In this document: in pieces, positions 1 to 13,824 of the stretch | Layout of the letters: each line of letters opens with the position of its first letter | Position numbering within the stretch: the stretch's first letter is position 1 | Origin: Antedon mediterranea | Lineage: Eukaryota > Animalia > Echinodermata | Assembly (NCBI RefSeq): GCF_964355755.1 | Contig: NC_092670.1 | Span: 10,650,795-10,714,794 of the forward strand | DNA length: 64,000 nt | Direction of reading: 5' to 3' | Translations under genes and position numbers: made by a program | The notes under the pieces: model-generated | What the model was told of the DNA's origin: nothing | Seen by the model: only the letters and a program-made list of their open reading frames with translations | Databases searched by the model: none

Positions 1-7
1 ACATACT

Positions 8-840
8 TTGATACCATTACCGATTATAAGTACACCATTTAAACGTATAGCGATAGACATTGTTGTTGTCTTATCTAGAACAAGCCGTAATAACAAATAT
101 ATGCTTACTATAATTGACTATGCTACGAGATATCCGGATGCTATCCCGTTACCCAATGTTAGAGCTGAAACAGTAGCCAGGGCTCTAATAGAAGTCTTTA
201 CTAGAGTAGGATTACCCGAAGAGATTGTACATGATCAAGGAACTAATTTCATGTCTTCAATTATGCAATCTATATGTAGTATGTTGGGGATTAATCAATT
301 AAAGACTACAGTGTACCACCCCCAAAGCAATGGGCTTGTTGAAAGATTTCACGGTACATTGAAAAATATGATAAGGAAACTTACAGTTAAGCAAAGAAAA
401 AATTGGGATAACTACATACCCCCCTTTCTGTTTGCATACAGAGAAGTTCCTAGTAAAGCGACGGGCCATTCACCTTTTAAATTGCTTTATGGTAGAGAGG
501 TGAGGGGACCCTTGAGTTTACTCAAAAGTAATTGGGTAGAAGATGAAGAAACATCTACTGATGCTATCAAATACATGTTAGACATAAGAGAAAAAATGGA
601 GGAATTAATGAAAGATGCTAATGTAAACAAACTTGAACAACAAGAAATTATGTCCCACAATTATAACAAGAATGCTATTGATAGAGAATTTGTAGAAGGG
701 GACAAAGTGTAAATGGCAGTAAATGGCAAGGCCCCTTCACTGTTACAAAAAAGGTCAATGATGTAAATTATGAAATATACATAGGAGGTAGAAGAAAAGA
801 AAAACAAATTCTACATGTTAATATGTTAAAGAGATGGTAT
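8..840 (+). pseudogene. Retrotransposon integrase core plus GPY/F module (disrupted)
   Basis: PFKRIAIDIV...HDQGTNF...YHPQSNGLVERF (DDE triad). There is a stop at 710-712 at a GTAAATGGCA duplication/deletion, after which KWQGPFTVTKKVNDVNYEI...HVNMLK continues into the RT frame. Confidence 0.88.
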
Positions 841-1839
841 GATAAAGTAGAAATAAGTAAAGATGGTTATTATGTAGTAACAAATGTTCAATCGATAGAA
901 GAAGTAGACTTAAATGAAACAGTCCATGGCAATGAGTTAGATAGTGAAATAGACATAGGATTGTCTTATCATCAATCACAAACATGGAGAGATGTTAACG
1001 TTAGTAGTAATTTAAATGATACACAAACTAAACAATTAACAGAATTGTTAAAGTACCAACAGAATGTATTCTCGGATGTACCAGGTAGAACTCACTTAGT
1101 GACACATGAAATTAAGACTAGTGGTGAAATGCCTATAAGGCATAGGGCATATAGAACGCCCCAAGCATTAAAGGGTAAATTGAAAGAGGAATTAGATAGT
1201 ATGTTGGCTATGGGTATAATAGAACCTACAGTTAGTGCCTATGCTGCACCTATTATTGCCCTGAAGAAAGGCCAGAACCAAATTAGAATGGTGACAGAAT
1301 TTAGATCACTAAATAAGACTACACAATTTGACCCTTATGTTATGCCTCGCATAGACGAAATGTTGGATGAGGTATCATCCGCAATATACATAACTACGTT
1401 AGATCTAACTAAAGGATTTTACCAGGTGCCTCTGGATCCTAAGACCAAAGACAAATCAGCATTTATTACACAATTTGGACAGTATTGTTACAATGTACTT
1501 CCATTTGGTATGCAAAATAGCTCTAGTACTTTCCAAAGATTAATGGATAAGGTATTACAAGGTACTGAGGGATATGCTAAGGCATATATAGATGACATAT
1601 GTATTTATAGTCAAACTTGGAAAGATCATATTTTTCATTTGAATGATGTATTAGAAAGATTAAGTAGTGCTGGATTGACAGCAAAGCCTTTGAAATGTAA
1701 AATTGCCTATGCACAGGTAGAATTTCTGGGGCATAAGATTGGTAATGGAGAAATTAGACCCATGATTGATAAGGTTGAGGCTGTGGAAAAGTTCCCAGAC
1801 CTTTGTCTAAGAAACAAGTCCGATCATTTCTCGGATTAA
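823..1839 (+). pseudogene. Gypsy reverse transcriptase (frameshifted at about 1800 into the RNase H frame)
   Basis: Motifs PGRTHLVTHEI, YAAPII, MPRIDEML, TLDLTKGFYQV, LPFGMQN, YIDDI and FLGHKI. Confidence 0.9.
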
Positions 1840-2358
1840 CTGGCTATTACAGAAAATTTGTACAGAACTATGCCGATATTGCTAAGCCATTGATTGATTT
1901 AACTTTAAAGAGTAAAAGTAATACCGTTAAGTGGAATGAACAATGTGAAAATGCCTTTGTAACCTTAAAGAAACGACTTACTGATGATAATGTATTAAAA
2001 GCCCCAAATTTTGATAAGATGTTTATATTGCAAACCGATGCCTCAAATTATGGTATAGGTGCAGTGCTGAGCCAAATAGATGGTGAGGGTAATGATTATT
2101 CCATTGTGTATTTAAGTAGAAAGTTATCTGTACATGAGCAGAGATATTCTGTGCCAGAAAAAGAGTGCCTCTCTATTGTTTGGGCTATCAATAAACTTAA
2201 GTATTATCTGTATGGTTGTGAATTTCAAGTTCATACTGACCACCAGGCATTGAGATGGATGGACTCAATGAAGGGTGCCAATGTTAGACTTATGAGGATA
2301 TAAATTTAAAAGAAAGGATCATTAAATGGAAATGCAGATGGATTAAGCCGTGCATAAT
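1803..2358 (+). pseudogene. RT connection/RNase H domain of the Gmr1-like element
   Basis: Motifs VRSFLGLTGYYRKFV, LQTDASNYGIGAVLSQ, EKECLSIVW and TDHQAL. The remnant NGNADGLSR follows a deletion near 2300. Confidence 0.88.
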
Positions 2359-2447
2359 AATATTATAGAGGTGTTATTTGTAGATAGTTTATAGTAAAAT
2401 GGTTTTAAATGTTAAATTTTTGGAAAGATTGACACAATCTTTTTCCC

Positions 2448-2458
2448 AAAAAGGGGAA
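2448..2458 (+). promoter_or_regulatory. Polypurine tract (plus-strand primer) of the Gmr1-like element
   Basis: AAAAAGGGGAA lies immediately before the TGTCA start of the LTR. Confidence 0.75.
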
Positions 2459-2796
2459 TGTCATATTATTTATGTTCTGATTCCCTGTGTTTAGATAAGG
2501 ATGCTTTAGACCAGGTCCGCCAAATATTATTAGCCAATCAAAATTGTATAATTTTTGGAGGGAATATGTTATCCTCCTCTGAAGCCTAAAATTTGCATGT
2601 CCAGTATAAAAGTGGAATGTAATAGATATTAGGGGGGAGAAGAGAGAATAAGATCAAAGTGGATAAACGGAAAGATGATAAAGAAAATATTAAGGCTTGA
2701 CTGGTAGTGGTAGAAAGATGTATTAATCGAGTTACAAGGAATAAAAGTTCTAGTTGACTTAAATATACTTTTTGTATGAGTTATCATTCAGTGACA
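2459..2796 (+). repeat. 3' LTR (~338 bp)
   Basis: TGTCA...TGACA inverted termini, TATAAAA near 2605, AATAAA near 2740, and position directly after the PPT. Confidence 0.75.
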
Positions 2797-2956
2797 GCAG
2801 TGTACGTCGCGTGGAAATATATACGCCTGAGAAAGCTCGGAACCAACTAAAATATATTCACTACACAACTGATAAGCTGTCAGAGTTAGCCAAGGACCGT
2901 TGTGGCTGGAGAAAGCTTGTAGTCGCTTGCTCCGCAGCCGACTGATGATGATGATG
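2797..2956 (+). mobile_element. RTE-type LINE 3' end with (TGA)n tail, probably the target of the LTR insertion
   Basis: Reads ...LSELAKDRCGWRKLVVACSAAD* (RTE-type DRxxWR terminus) followed by TGATGATGATGATG. Confidence 0.55.
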
Positions 2957-4075
2957 CGCACGCGCTCGTAAAAAAATGCGCACGCGTGGGAATTTTTAAA
3001 ATGTTCAAAATGACATGAAACGCGTAGAAAGTTGATTAGAAGTTGATTTTTTGCATTTTGAAATTTTAATTTTGGCGTAACTTTCTGTGAAACATGCCAT
3101 TTTTAATCCATAGAAAGTTTCCCCTTCATATGAATTAAATTTTCACCAAGTGTCAATACAAAATGACTTTTGGTTTTTAATATATGATCAATCATTGAAA
3201 TTCATAAAATCGCGCGTAACTTACGCTGCGCAACTCGGACGGGACCGAAAACCTTATTACGACATCTTCAGATAGAGGTCAATCTTCTGATAAAGTTATA
3301 CAATGTTATGTTGAGAAGATTTAGAGATACACGCACAACAAAATTCTGGGAAAGAAAGAAGAATAAGAAAGAAAAACTAGATTTGAACTCGTCACAACGG
3401 ACGAGTTAGGTTATCCGCAGAGCAAACGCCACGTGCACGTCATACGTTAGAATATTGCGCAGAGAAAAACGCTTATGCCATTGAAAAAATGTTAGCGCGC
3501 TCTCTATTTTGTGTCACGTCTAAGTATAAACAGTTTAAACTATATATTGTATACGTACTACATACAGTGAAGAATAGGTGAAAATAAGTGACCAAAGTTA
3601 TTGACGCCTTTGGACATGATGACGTCACAAAAAAATTTAAAAATGGTAAATCATGCGAAAGATAATTGATTGACCTAGACAATATAAAACATGGGGGGAA
3701 ATGAAATACGGATAAGTGGAGATGCGCTCTATTAAATGTGATGAGCTATGACGAAAGAGACAAAAATCCTCTATTTTATTATCGAGTGGCCATACGATGA
3801 CGTCACAATATCTGGATAGCCATATCGATGCATGATTCGATATCTACAACTCATCGACTTTCAGAATATGTAATAAACAATAAAATTCACCGTATAGTTT
3901 AGAATCTATTTTTGATCAAAAACGCGCGCAAATTATCCAATTCCAGGTGCTCGTATGACGTGATTTTAAGGCGAAATTGTTAAAAAATTTGTAAAATTAC
4001 TAGAAAAGGCTGGAAAAACATAAATCACGCGAAAAAAGTATGTTTTTAACGCTATGTGCGCACGCGCTCGTAAAA
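2957..4075. repeat. Cluster of non-autonomous interspersed repeats (CG-rich MITE/HINE-like)
   Basis: TGCGCACGCGCTCGTAAAAA occurs at about 2955 and 4056. The AAACTAGATTTGA start at 3374 recurs near 55582 and 56303, and the interior resembles 56330-56700. Confidence 0.4.
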
Positions 4076-4916
4076 ATATATACTCAAATAAATAATAAAC
4101 CCAGTTTTTATGCTTCATAGAATTTAATATTACTGTATTTAATTTTTTAAATTAAATGTATTGTTTTTAACATATATTTGCACTGTTTTTGCTATAAAAG
4201 TTGGGTTTTAATAATTAATATAAGTATCTGCCCTTGTTTGTTTGTAATATTCTGAGCCTCGTTTGGTCTTGTTTGTTTCCATTTGGTTCCATTTAGTGTG
4301 ACCGGTCACATACACAATACAATTAAAATCATTTGCGTTCATTCCGTAGCGCCCTTCGTAGCTTTTTTTTTGTTTGTTCCGCCAGTTTTGTCACACATGC
4401 CTTGTGCAATGTGTTCAAAAAGTGGGTTTTTTTAGATTGTTTAGTTAGAACTGAACAATTGTAAGTCATTGTCGGTTTTGTACCTGATTTTGAATTCTAT
4501 TTTCTATAGGATAATAAAAAAGCTCTTTCGCTATTTATATTTTATTACATAACTATGATAAAGAACTTTAAAGGTCAGTTCATTTTTAAAATTAAAAGAA
4601 TGGATTTGCACGCAGTATTTTATTTACATTCACCCAAGAAAGCGGCCTCCCCTAAATTTTAATAAAATTACGCTAGAACTGTTGCTTCCGTGAACTTTAG
4701 ATCCTGACGCCACCGCTGCTTAGGTACAGTACATGTCTCAAATTCTGTCCCAGCAGTTTAAATGCGATATTAAAATAAAATTCTACAGTATGTGGGTATT
4801 CATTGATTATTTTTACTACAAGGTACTAAGTGTCTATAAGGCCTACAAAAAATGTTAATTCTTTGTATACTTTAAATGTGTTTTTTAGTGTAAAAATTGA
4901 TTAAAGATATACTAAC

Positions 4917-7900
4917 CTGCCGTTCCTGTGTATCCACTAATTGTCAAAACATAGTTAGAGTCCTCAGTACCAACATGGAAGTGAGAATATCTTGCAAACT
5001 TTGTTACATCCAAGTGGTCCGTCATCTCTACTAAGAGCTCAAAACTGCCATGGGAAGTTATACGGTTGATCTGTTCATTACCAAGCCAGAACTCTGTGTT
5101 CAAATTTCCAAAACCCTCTTTGTATTGCGACCAATTACGGTTGAAATTAACTGGTCCATCTTCTCTTCTCTGTATCACCTGATAATGAAAGGATAGTAAT
5201 CTATACTCTATTTTCTAAAACACTGATTTCAAGTTCATCAACTGGAGTAAATAGAAATAAATGAATTAAGAACCTGAATATTAATATTACTATGAGGTTA
5301 CGTCAATATTTAACAATTTAATTTTGATGTTCCTCGATTTGATTTGATTATACTTATTTTACAATAATTATGCAAGTTTTTGAACATTTAGTGTGATTGT
5401 TCTTGTATTATGTTTAGATCATCATAGTTTTGTTGGTTTTACATGTGACCTCCAGGCAACGCTTTACTCACTCGATCTGCATGTGCGTAGGTATAGTTTT
5501 TTAGATTGATTTTTTCATTAATTTCTGTTGAACAAAATGGTAAATCTAAAGTTATGTTTTTAATAAAGCCGAATATTATTAAGAATTGTTCATTTGCAAT
5601 AGGCTATTTATCCACCAATATGCAAGTTTTAAACATGCCTAACAACTGTTCACTTAACTATGTTGTGCAAATGAGTAGAATGCTGACGTCATTCGTTAAA
5701 GTTCCCTATTTTATTCTTGCCATCATCTAAAGGTCAACATCGCCTTCTATCTATTTTCAAGACGTAAGGAGTGCAGGGTGTGACGTCATATGTGAGATGT
5801 GCTCCTTCAGATGTATTTACATAAATTGTTGCCAATACTTACTGTCCATCCTGCATCACTTCTCATGTCACAGTACACAGTAATTTGTGGTCCTCCATCA
5901 CATAGCTGTATCACATATTGACCACTCACAGCAGAAGGATTATTTTGTAAAATGTTACTACACTCCCTCATAAAACACTCTAAAATTACAAAATTTGAAG
6001 ATCACATATTAGATATAACATTGAAATAAGCCTATACATTGAATGAAACGTCCATTTGGTTATAAGATTGATTTTATAGTAGGTCAATACAACAGAAAGT
6101 ACTTTAAGAATATTAAAGAGAACATTTCCTACAGGCAAATTCAACAGAAACAAAATGTCACTGCCAGCAGCCAATCACTAATAATAAAAGTGAACCTCCA
6201 TATGAAAAATAAATTTATTTAATAATAAATTGTATACTTACTTGTTTTGGGAATCAGTGGCCAGGACATGAAGAAAAATGAAATATAAAATAATTAACAT
6301 AATGACCGTATATAGATAGAATGCCGCTATTACAGTAATTTAATAACTACAGACTATAGTTTTGGAGAGAGAGAGAGAAGAGGAGCAGCATTTGACAGTA
6401 GTTGAAATAGTGAACTTCCTATTGAGAGTGACCACACGATAATGTAGGTGCATCACATTGGCCAATTGGTGTAGATATGCTAGTTTAAGGTCACATCCAA
6501 AAACATTATTTTTTATCATACGTTCACTACACAGTCATGCATCATGCCTGCGTAGAAATGTATTCTGATCAAGAATGTATAAATTTCTGACTTTTGAGCC
6601 CATTATTATTTATAATTTATTTAAACGATATGGATTTTTGTGCTGATAGTTTTTAATTTATTTACGCAGATTACACCAATATAGTAGTCTCACCATGACA
6701 GTAAATCAAGAACTAAATAAAGTTTCTTCTTTCAAATAACAAAATATTTGAATACTATACAGAGATCCAGATGAACGTTTTTACTACTTTTTGCTTAAAT
6801 CTAATAACGTATCACCCAATATACTTACAACAAATGATATCATGTGTAGTAGACAACACATAACAATATTCAAATTATGATTGACAATATTGCTATTTCA
6901 CAGGTTTCTCATTAAAATTATAGATGAAACACTAACATGGGGGCATTCCAAAGTATATATATTTTTTTGAAATTGTATAATTTTGCTATTGAAAAAAATG
7001 AAAAAATTAGTTTTTTTACATCAATTTAGTCTTTTATTTACAAATCAAAATATTATTCAACCTTTGAAACACTGTTGAAGTTTAGGTCAAGTGAAACTAT
7101 TAAAATTCATAAAATTATATAAAATATTATTTATAAAATTAATTATTCAAAGAGAGAGAAGCAATAATTGTTAAATGTTATCAAAGTAATTTATTTATTT
7201 AAAAAAAATTATGTTTAAAAGTTATGTTTCGTATAAATAAATCTTCAAGCTATTAACACATTTAAGGCGAATTTAAAAAAATTTACATTGGCATTTGACG
7301 TCTGAATTTCTTAGTGGATCCAAGTTGAAAATGAAATTTTCTTCTATCCTTGCTTGAATTTAATATTATTTCTATGAAATTCAATCTATTTTTTTTGTCT
7401 TAATTATTTTGCATTTGATTTATAAAGGTTCACAAAGAATGAAATCTACCAAGTGAAAAAAAAACTAGTTTAAATCTATTGCAATTTAATATCTTTAAGA
7501 ACAGTTGAAAAATACAGATTTTGGAATCATTATTTCAGTAAACACTAAAATGAGGAAAAAAACCCAACCAAAATTTCTCAGAAGTGAAAATTATGAATTT
7601 TTAAATAAAAATTATGTATGAATATGAATATGAAATTAATAAAGGAACAATTTTAATAAAACATTTGAATATGAACAAACTCGCCATTTCTTGAAGTGCC
7701 CTTTTAAACTATAGTAGGCTTTATAGTCCTAGGAAAAACCCATACCAGCATTTGTTATTTATCCTCTATGAATGTTAAATGGTAAAATAAATTGATACTT
7801 GACTCTCTTTTATATTGATAGAAATATATTTCTATTTTATATATGGATTTAATTGATATTTGGATTTAAGTGATTCCTCTTAATATTTTAGTTCATTACT

Positions 7901-8316
7901 TTTATGTACTAAACACCTTCAGGAGTCAACAAAATTCAATAGGCGTTTTCCCAAAACCATGTTTTGTTGAATATTACGTACGTTGTTCATTCCATCAGTA
8001 CACTAAATCAGAAAATGTAACTCACCCTTTCGATGTAACTAAACTCAGGCTTTTGAATTATGTTGTTTTCAATTGATGCTTCTTCCAGTATTTGCTTACT
8101 GATTTGACAAACATGATCTTTCTGGTTATAGTTGACCGACAAGCAGTATGATTTGTCGGAACATTCCAGCAAACAATTTACACGGCTTATATTCTTCAAC
8201 TCATAACTCCAACCATCAAGAGCCTGCCCCTGGATAACTGTATAGAATGAATTGGTCGAAAGAACGACAATAGGCAGAAGATTAAGAACGACAACCAAAG
8301 TTGCAAACGTATGCAT
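4917..8316 (-). CDS. Copy A: signal peptide + PAN/apple exon (8026-8316), FReD exon 1 (5843-5979), FReD exon 2 (4917-5178); terminal FReD exon not in the window; integrity uncertain
   Basis: MHTFATLVVVLNLLPIVVLS signal; CLLEC...CLSVNY...C PAN pattern; CFMRECSNILQ...SGQY...VYCDM...GWT; VIQRREDGPVNFNRNWSQYKEGFG...EFWLGN; all with GT-AG boundaries. The PAN donor is phase 0 while the first FReD acceptor is phase 1. Confidence 0.8.
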
Positions 8317-8486
8317 TGCGACGTTTTTGGAAATACGTATTGACAAAAATAAAATGTATGATGTACCTTCAAATGCAACTTGTCGTACACCAATATTTGT
8401 GGTAATAAGGAACTACTGTACGTTTTCATCTTCTGATGTGCGTATTATAGATGTTCCATCCAAGTATAATACAATAGAACTTTGTC

Positions 8487-8512
8487 TGCACCAATCAAAA
8501 AGGTGTTAGTAA
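8487..8512. promoter_or_regulatory. Conserved CCAAT-containing block upstream of the PAN exons (also 31189-31214 and 45071-45096)
   Basis: TGCACCAATCAAAAnGGTGwTAGTAA is found 110-175 bp upstream of all three PAN-exon ATGs. Function is inferred. Confidence 0.35.
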
Positions 8513-10869
8513 TAATAAGGTGTAATTACATAACAATGTATGAACAAACTTGATGCTTTTTTTCTAATAGCCTATCAAATTGAACCATCAAATGCATGTA
8601 GTTATAGTTTTTTAATTATTATTAAATAAATTAAAGAAATTATCATTAAATCATAACTTAAAGCAAAAGAGGACACATCCATCATTTTATCAGTTGACAT
8701 AGAGTTTTGCGATGCTGACGTCACAACAGTAGGTGGCGCTGCGTGGTTGCTAGCCAACCAAAAAATGCGTTCAACCTGCCTGAGTGACTCCAAGGTCACC
8801 ACATAAAATGTAAACATATAGAGGTTTATTGTTCTTTACTGAATTTTCCTCTTTCAATCTTTATAATATTATATAGTATTATATGGTGATGCTATTAAAT
8901 GAGATAAAATGTAAACATATAAAGGATTATTGTCAAGTTTACTGAATTTTCTTCGTTCAATCTTTATAATAGGATAGTATTATATGGTGATGCTATTAAA
9001 ATTCAAACATATTGTAATGTTTGTCTTCCACTTGTCTCTATTCTTAGATATTATTATTTAAAACACGCTCTCTGCATGTAGAATAATAGCATCTGCATAA
9101 TTTAGTATCTTGTTTGAAAATGAAGGTTAATGTAGTGAAATGATAAACATTATTACACTACAAATCAATATTTAGAGTAACCATGAGGTGACTTTGGTAT
9201 TGACACAGAGGGACAGGTGTAAGCTCCTATTTTTCACGCTGCTGCTCTAGCCCGCTACGTCACACGAGATGACTCATTCATTAGATGAAATCAAGCAGCA
9301 GTAATAGTACTACACTTTGACATTTTTGTTAAAATGGAAACTTGACTATAATTTATAGGTACCACCTGTTGAATCCAAAAAACGGCTGGGAAAAGAGTCT
9401 AATGACAAATCCCAAAGCATTTCTGGTATTTATGAGTCCCATGATATTACTATAATTCACTGTCAGATAATCATTGAATTATTATCAAAACAGTCCATTG
9501 AAGTTTTTGTTTGTAATAGGATACTTGAAGTATCTAGGCTTGATGAAGTGACCCCCAGACTTGACCTTAGCAATAACAATAAGCAAGCAGCGTTTTTTGT
9601 AAGAAATATTCTTGTTTAAAACTGTAATTGGCTGAATCACGATTTAAAAGAATATGTGTGTTTTAATCATTGACAGTACCCAAATGACTACAATTTAATT
9701 GTTAAGTTCAAAGTATGGAACCCGCAAAGTAATATTTTCACCCGTATTACAGTAAAGGGTTTGTACTGTTTTCTTAATTATCAGTAGGCCTACAATTAAA
9801 TCAATTAGTGTATGTCAATGGCAAAAGTTGAAATGAACTATGGTGACCAATTAATACAGAAACAGGAAGTTCCTAAGTCCTGTGGGGCTATGTTTGTGTC
9901 CAGTTGTGACAGTTTTATCCTAAATTTCGTCAGTCTATCTTGAGATCTGATCGAGAAGCCTCAGAAAAAGGGTATGTTTTACTTTACTTTTGTATTAGAT
10001 TTTGTTAATTTTATGCTTAGGATTTAGATTTTTTTTTGGCTAAGCTCTTAGACTGAATTGAATTTATATTTTGTAGACTAAGTTATATTTCTTTTTAACT
10101 ATTATTTGCTTGTTAACAAATAATTGACGTCACTGTCATGCACAATAATGATTGATAGGCACATGCCAGTTAAATTATATATTTACTGCCAAGAAAGGTG
10201 TAGTGTAGTGCAGGTTTATCAAGTATCAATTTATTTTGAGCCTTTGTATTTTTAGTTAAGACTTTTTATGTTGTTATTCTTAGTTTAAGTATACTTTTGA
10301 GACTTCATTGCTCAAATGTATTTATTTTTAATCTATACATTTAAAGGCACTCTTTAATTAACTTGCATAGTGTAAAGAAGCTGAATCTATAACTTTTTGT
10401 TTGTTATAATGACCAACAAAATGAGTTTGTCAGTCCTATCAAATATGTTGAAGTATTGCAAAATATTCACTTGATTTATTTTAGGCTGTATGTGGTATAT
10501 ACGAACATGAAATAAGACTTCGTATGAGGCCAGTGCCAAGAGAGCCACTGAGCTGGTAAGACATTAAGATATAATTGTTAATTACAAGTTATATTAGTGT
10601 AATGTGGTCGTTTTCTAAAGAGAATTGGAAATCCTTTATTTTCACGAATAATTGTATTTTGATATTTATAGTTATGCATTGCTGCTCAAATTTAATTTAG
10701 TTTATTAAGTTTATTATATATCCTTAATGTAATATAATGTTGCGTTGAGGTACTAATGAAGACTCTTACTCGCTTGACTGTCGTAACACATTGTTTATTC
10801 AGTATAATACTTCAGTACAATATACAACTATAAGTATAGATAAGGAACGGAGGATCAATGATGCTGTCG

Positions 10870-10978
10870 GTGAGGTGTGAAGTGTGTAAGTCTGCTTCTG
10901 AAGAAGTGGCTGTGAGGTGTGTGCTCCGTGAAGTGGCTGTAAGGTGTGTGCTCCGTGAGGTGGCTGTAAGGTGTGTCT
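10870..10978. repeat. 27-bp minisatellite (~3-4 copies)
   Basis: Unit GAAGTGGCTGT(A/G)AGGTGTGTGCTCCGT; it explains the three overlapping repetitive ORFs here. Confidence 0.75.
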
Positions 10979-12063
10979 GGGCCCTTCTGAAACTTGGGAG
11001 TATATTGGCCCTCGGTTCATTTACATATGTCACTACGTAATCTGTGAGGGTAACGATTGGTCCTAAGTTGGTCCAGGGGTGTTTAAGTGGGAATGATTGA
11101 TCTTATCTGGGGAGGTTATAATGATGAATTGGCCCTGTCGAATCTCTGCTTAAAACTGTCAATATCTAATTGTTTTACGATGGGAACAGTCACAAAATTA
11201 AGCTAAGTGTTTTCTTTAGGGATTCTATTATAAACTAAATGGTCAATAAAACATCTGGACAAACTCTCCTCTGGACTTTCTGGGTCAAGTTTGTGAACCT
11301 ATTTGAATTCCGATACAAAGGTCGATTTCTTAAATATAAAAGTATATCGTTATATTACATTTTTTGTATGGAGTTTAATACCTTGTATTATATATTTTCA
11401 GTTTTGTCGTTTTGCTGTATTTCTTGTTATTCAAATAAAATCATATGAACCCAACAGTGCTTTGCCGTTTCTTTTTCTGACATCCGACCATGCCCTGTAA
11501 TATCCCGTATTACTACAAAATGTATTGTAGATGGAGAAGCATTCTATATACTTAAGTTTAGAGTTTACGATTTTTTATTTTCTTTTTCTATTTATACGTT
11601 TATTAATATGGATGATATTTCCGAAATAAAAAGAAATTGAATTGAATTGAATTGAATTAACATGAATTAATTTTTCATATGTTGTTTTCACATAGCTACC
11701 ACAGTATTATTTAATACACTGCACTCTCCTCACCTCTGCTGGCTTGATGACAACTTGAGCAAAAAAAAACCAACCACCTGACATGTTTTAACTTCAGATG
11801 TTGACTTTTCCAATGGCATTGTCTAGTTAGGAATCAAAAAGTAATATAGTACAATGTTGTATATATGATCTAGAAATGGATATACAGTATATATAGCATT
11901 ATAAGATAAAGTTGTTCCTATTCATTCTTAAATCAATATTTGAGTGTCTACTGTATTTTGTTTTCATTAATTCTAAAAGCCAGCAAAACTTCTTTTATCT
12001 TGTTTAAAAATCTCAATTATTTCTGTGTTTACCTTTGAAATGTACTTACTTTAATTGTGTTAA

Positions 12064-12500
12064 CTAGATGGTACGCTCGCTTCGCTCGAGTACCATCTAG
12101 GTCGTGCCCACAGATGGTTCTCGAATACATAATAATTTCAGCGTTAAAGAACTGGCGATTTCAAATGTACGTACCGCAGGACAATAATACATGTCGTTTA
12201 CAGGAACGAATAAATAGACACTGTGATTTATGTACTCAACTAAAATTAGCACCCTGGGAATTACTTCCGAAAGAGAAACTTGTCACAAAATGAGACACAT
12301 TGTCAAGTCAAATTTAAACAAACTTAATTTGTGTTTTGTATGTAACATTAGGGTTGAGGGATGGGGAAGAGGATGGGTGCAAAGAAGAACAATTTTTAAA
12401 TATATTCTTTATCCATTTAGTAACGAAATATTAATTGTTTTCATGTTTTACAAATAATATACCACTATACACAGTAAAACATTTAATACTTTGTTGAAAC
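12064..12500 (-). mobile_element. Helitron 3' terminus (hairpin + CTAG) and adjacent repeat
   Basis: CTAGATGGTACGCTCGCTTCGCTCGAGTACCATCTAG has the same GAGCGAAGCGAGC loop as the Helitron end at 33410-33445. The stretch 12150-12500 resembles 57080-57550. Confidence 0.5.
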
Positions 12501-13824
12501 TATCACCGTCGATTGAAATAGTATAGTACATGTAACGATACATCACTACGACGTGTATATGTTTATATAATTTAAAACAATTTGTGAAAACCACCTCTAT
12601 TCGGGCAAAATCATAAATTCGATTTAATGGTCAATAAATATTAAATTATCTAACTCAACTTAATTAGTAGGCATAATGGTTTTCAATTGTTTCTTAGAGC
12701 CAATTCATACTTAAGTTGGTTCCTACCCTACCCTCCAAAGTTGTTCTGCGTTTAGTTAGGGCATGTGATGTACCGTAGGCATGTGATGCCCCTGTATTGA
12801 ACTAATAGTATATTTTTGAATATCTTTTAAAAAAAAGTGACCAATAATCAAATCTGATGTAATAATAAAACAATTAAAGCGTTAAATTTGACTGTTATAA
12901 GACAAAGTTTAATGTACCCTACCTAGTGAGTTTACTGGTAAAATTATTAAATAAAGAAGTTAAATTTAATTTTGATCTTCATTGTTCTTTTAGGCTTGAA
13001 GCTGTTCATTGTGGGTGTCTTCCATTGTGTCCTAACCAGCTGGTTTATCCTGAGATATTTCCAAGTAAGTTCAAATCTTATGAGTTCAGAGTTCTCAACT
13101 TGCTATAATGGATTTCATTAGTTTGGATAAAAAAAATTCTGTAGTAATTACACAATTTCAATAGTTGTGTACATGTTTCAGAGCATGTACAAAATGAGAT
13201 TCAGAAAGGCTATCACACTGTGATTGTGTTTTGACAAATTGTAATTCAGAAATGGAAATGGAAATCCAGAACAAGGGCTTTTCGTGGATTTTGGTTCGAT
13301 GATTTGTCCGTCATAATTTTGTGTTTTATTAGGGGTTTCTCATAATTTTAAGCCAAATCATAAATTTGCCTAATATGTATTTCCATAATATGTATTTCCA
13401 TAGTATTTATCGCCATTTCCATATATTATATGGCAGCACTGAAATAAGTAATTCAATATTCCAATAATAAAGATGTATTGTCCCTTTGACTAATTCAAAC
13501 AAAATTTTGAAGTATCATAATAGTTATTAACTTTCACCAAAAATGTGTCCAAAAAAATTAATTTAACTGAAATACAGACTTTTTTTGTTAAAAAAATAAC
13601 TTTGACTTCCAGTCAAAGTTTGGCTACTCTGTATGCATAATCATAAAACTTCCTCGCGATCTGTGTGAAAACACCTTCTCAACCGTGACGAGTTGTAAAC
13701 AATCCTAATTAGCAGCATACTCGTGGTTTAAAATCTTTGTTTACTTTCTCGCGACGATTTTTCAGATGAAATCAAATTAATTAACCTGTTAATTACGTAA
13801 ACTTGTTGTTTTTGGCTCGAATTT

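Larger units (their letters stand above)
1..2796 (+). mobile_element. Gmr1-like Ty3/Gypsy LTR retrotransposon, 3' part (integrase-RT-RNaseH order, PPT, 3' LTR); degenerate
   Basis: Gypsy-type integrase ORF precedes a Gypsy-type RT (LDLTKGFYQ, LPFGM, YIDD) and RNase H (TDAS, EKECL, TDH). These are followed by a polypurine tract and a TG...CA LTR. IN upstream of RT in a Gypsy-type pol is the diagnostic Gmr1 arrangement. Confidence 0.9.

Noticed and set aside
10799-11040. Three overlapping repetitive ORFs
   Set aside because: Explained by a 27-bp minisatellite.
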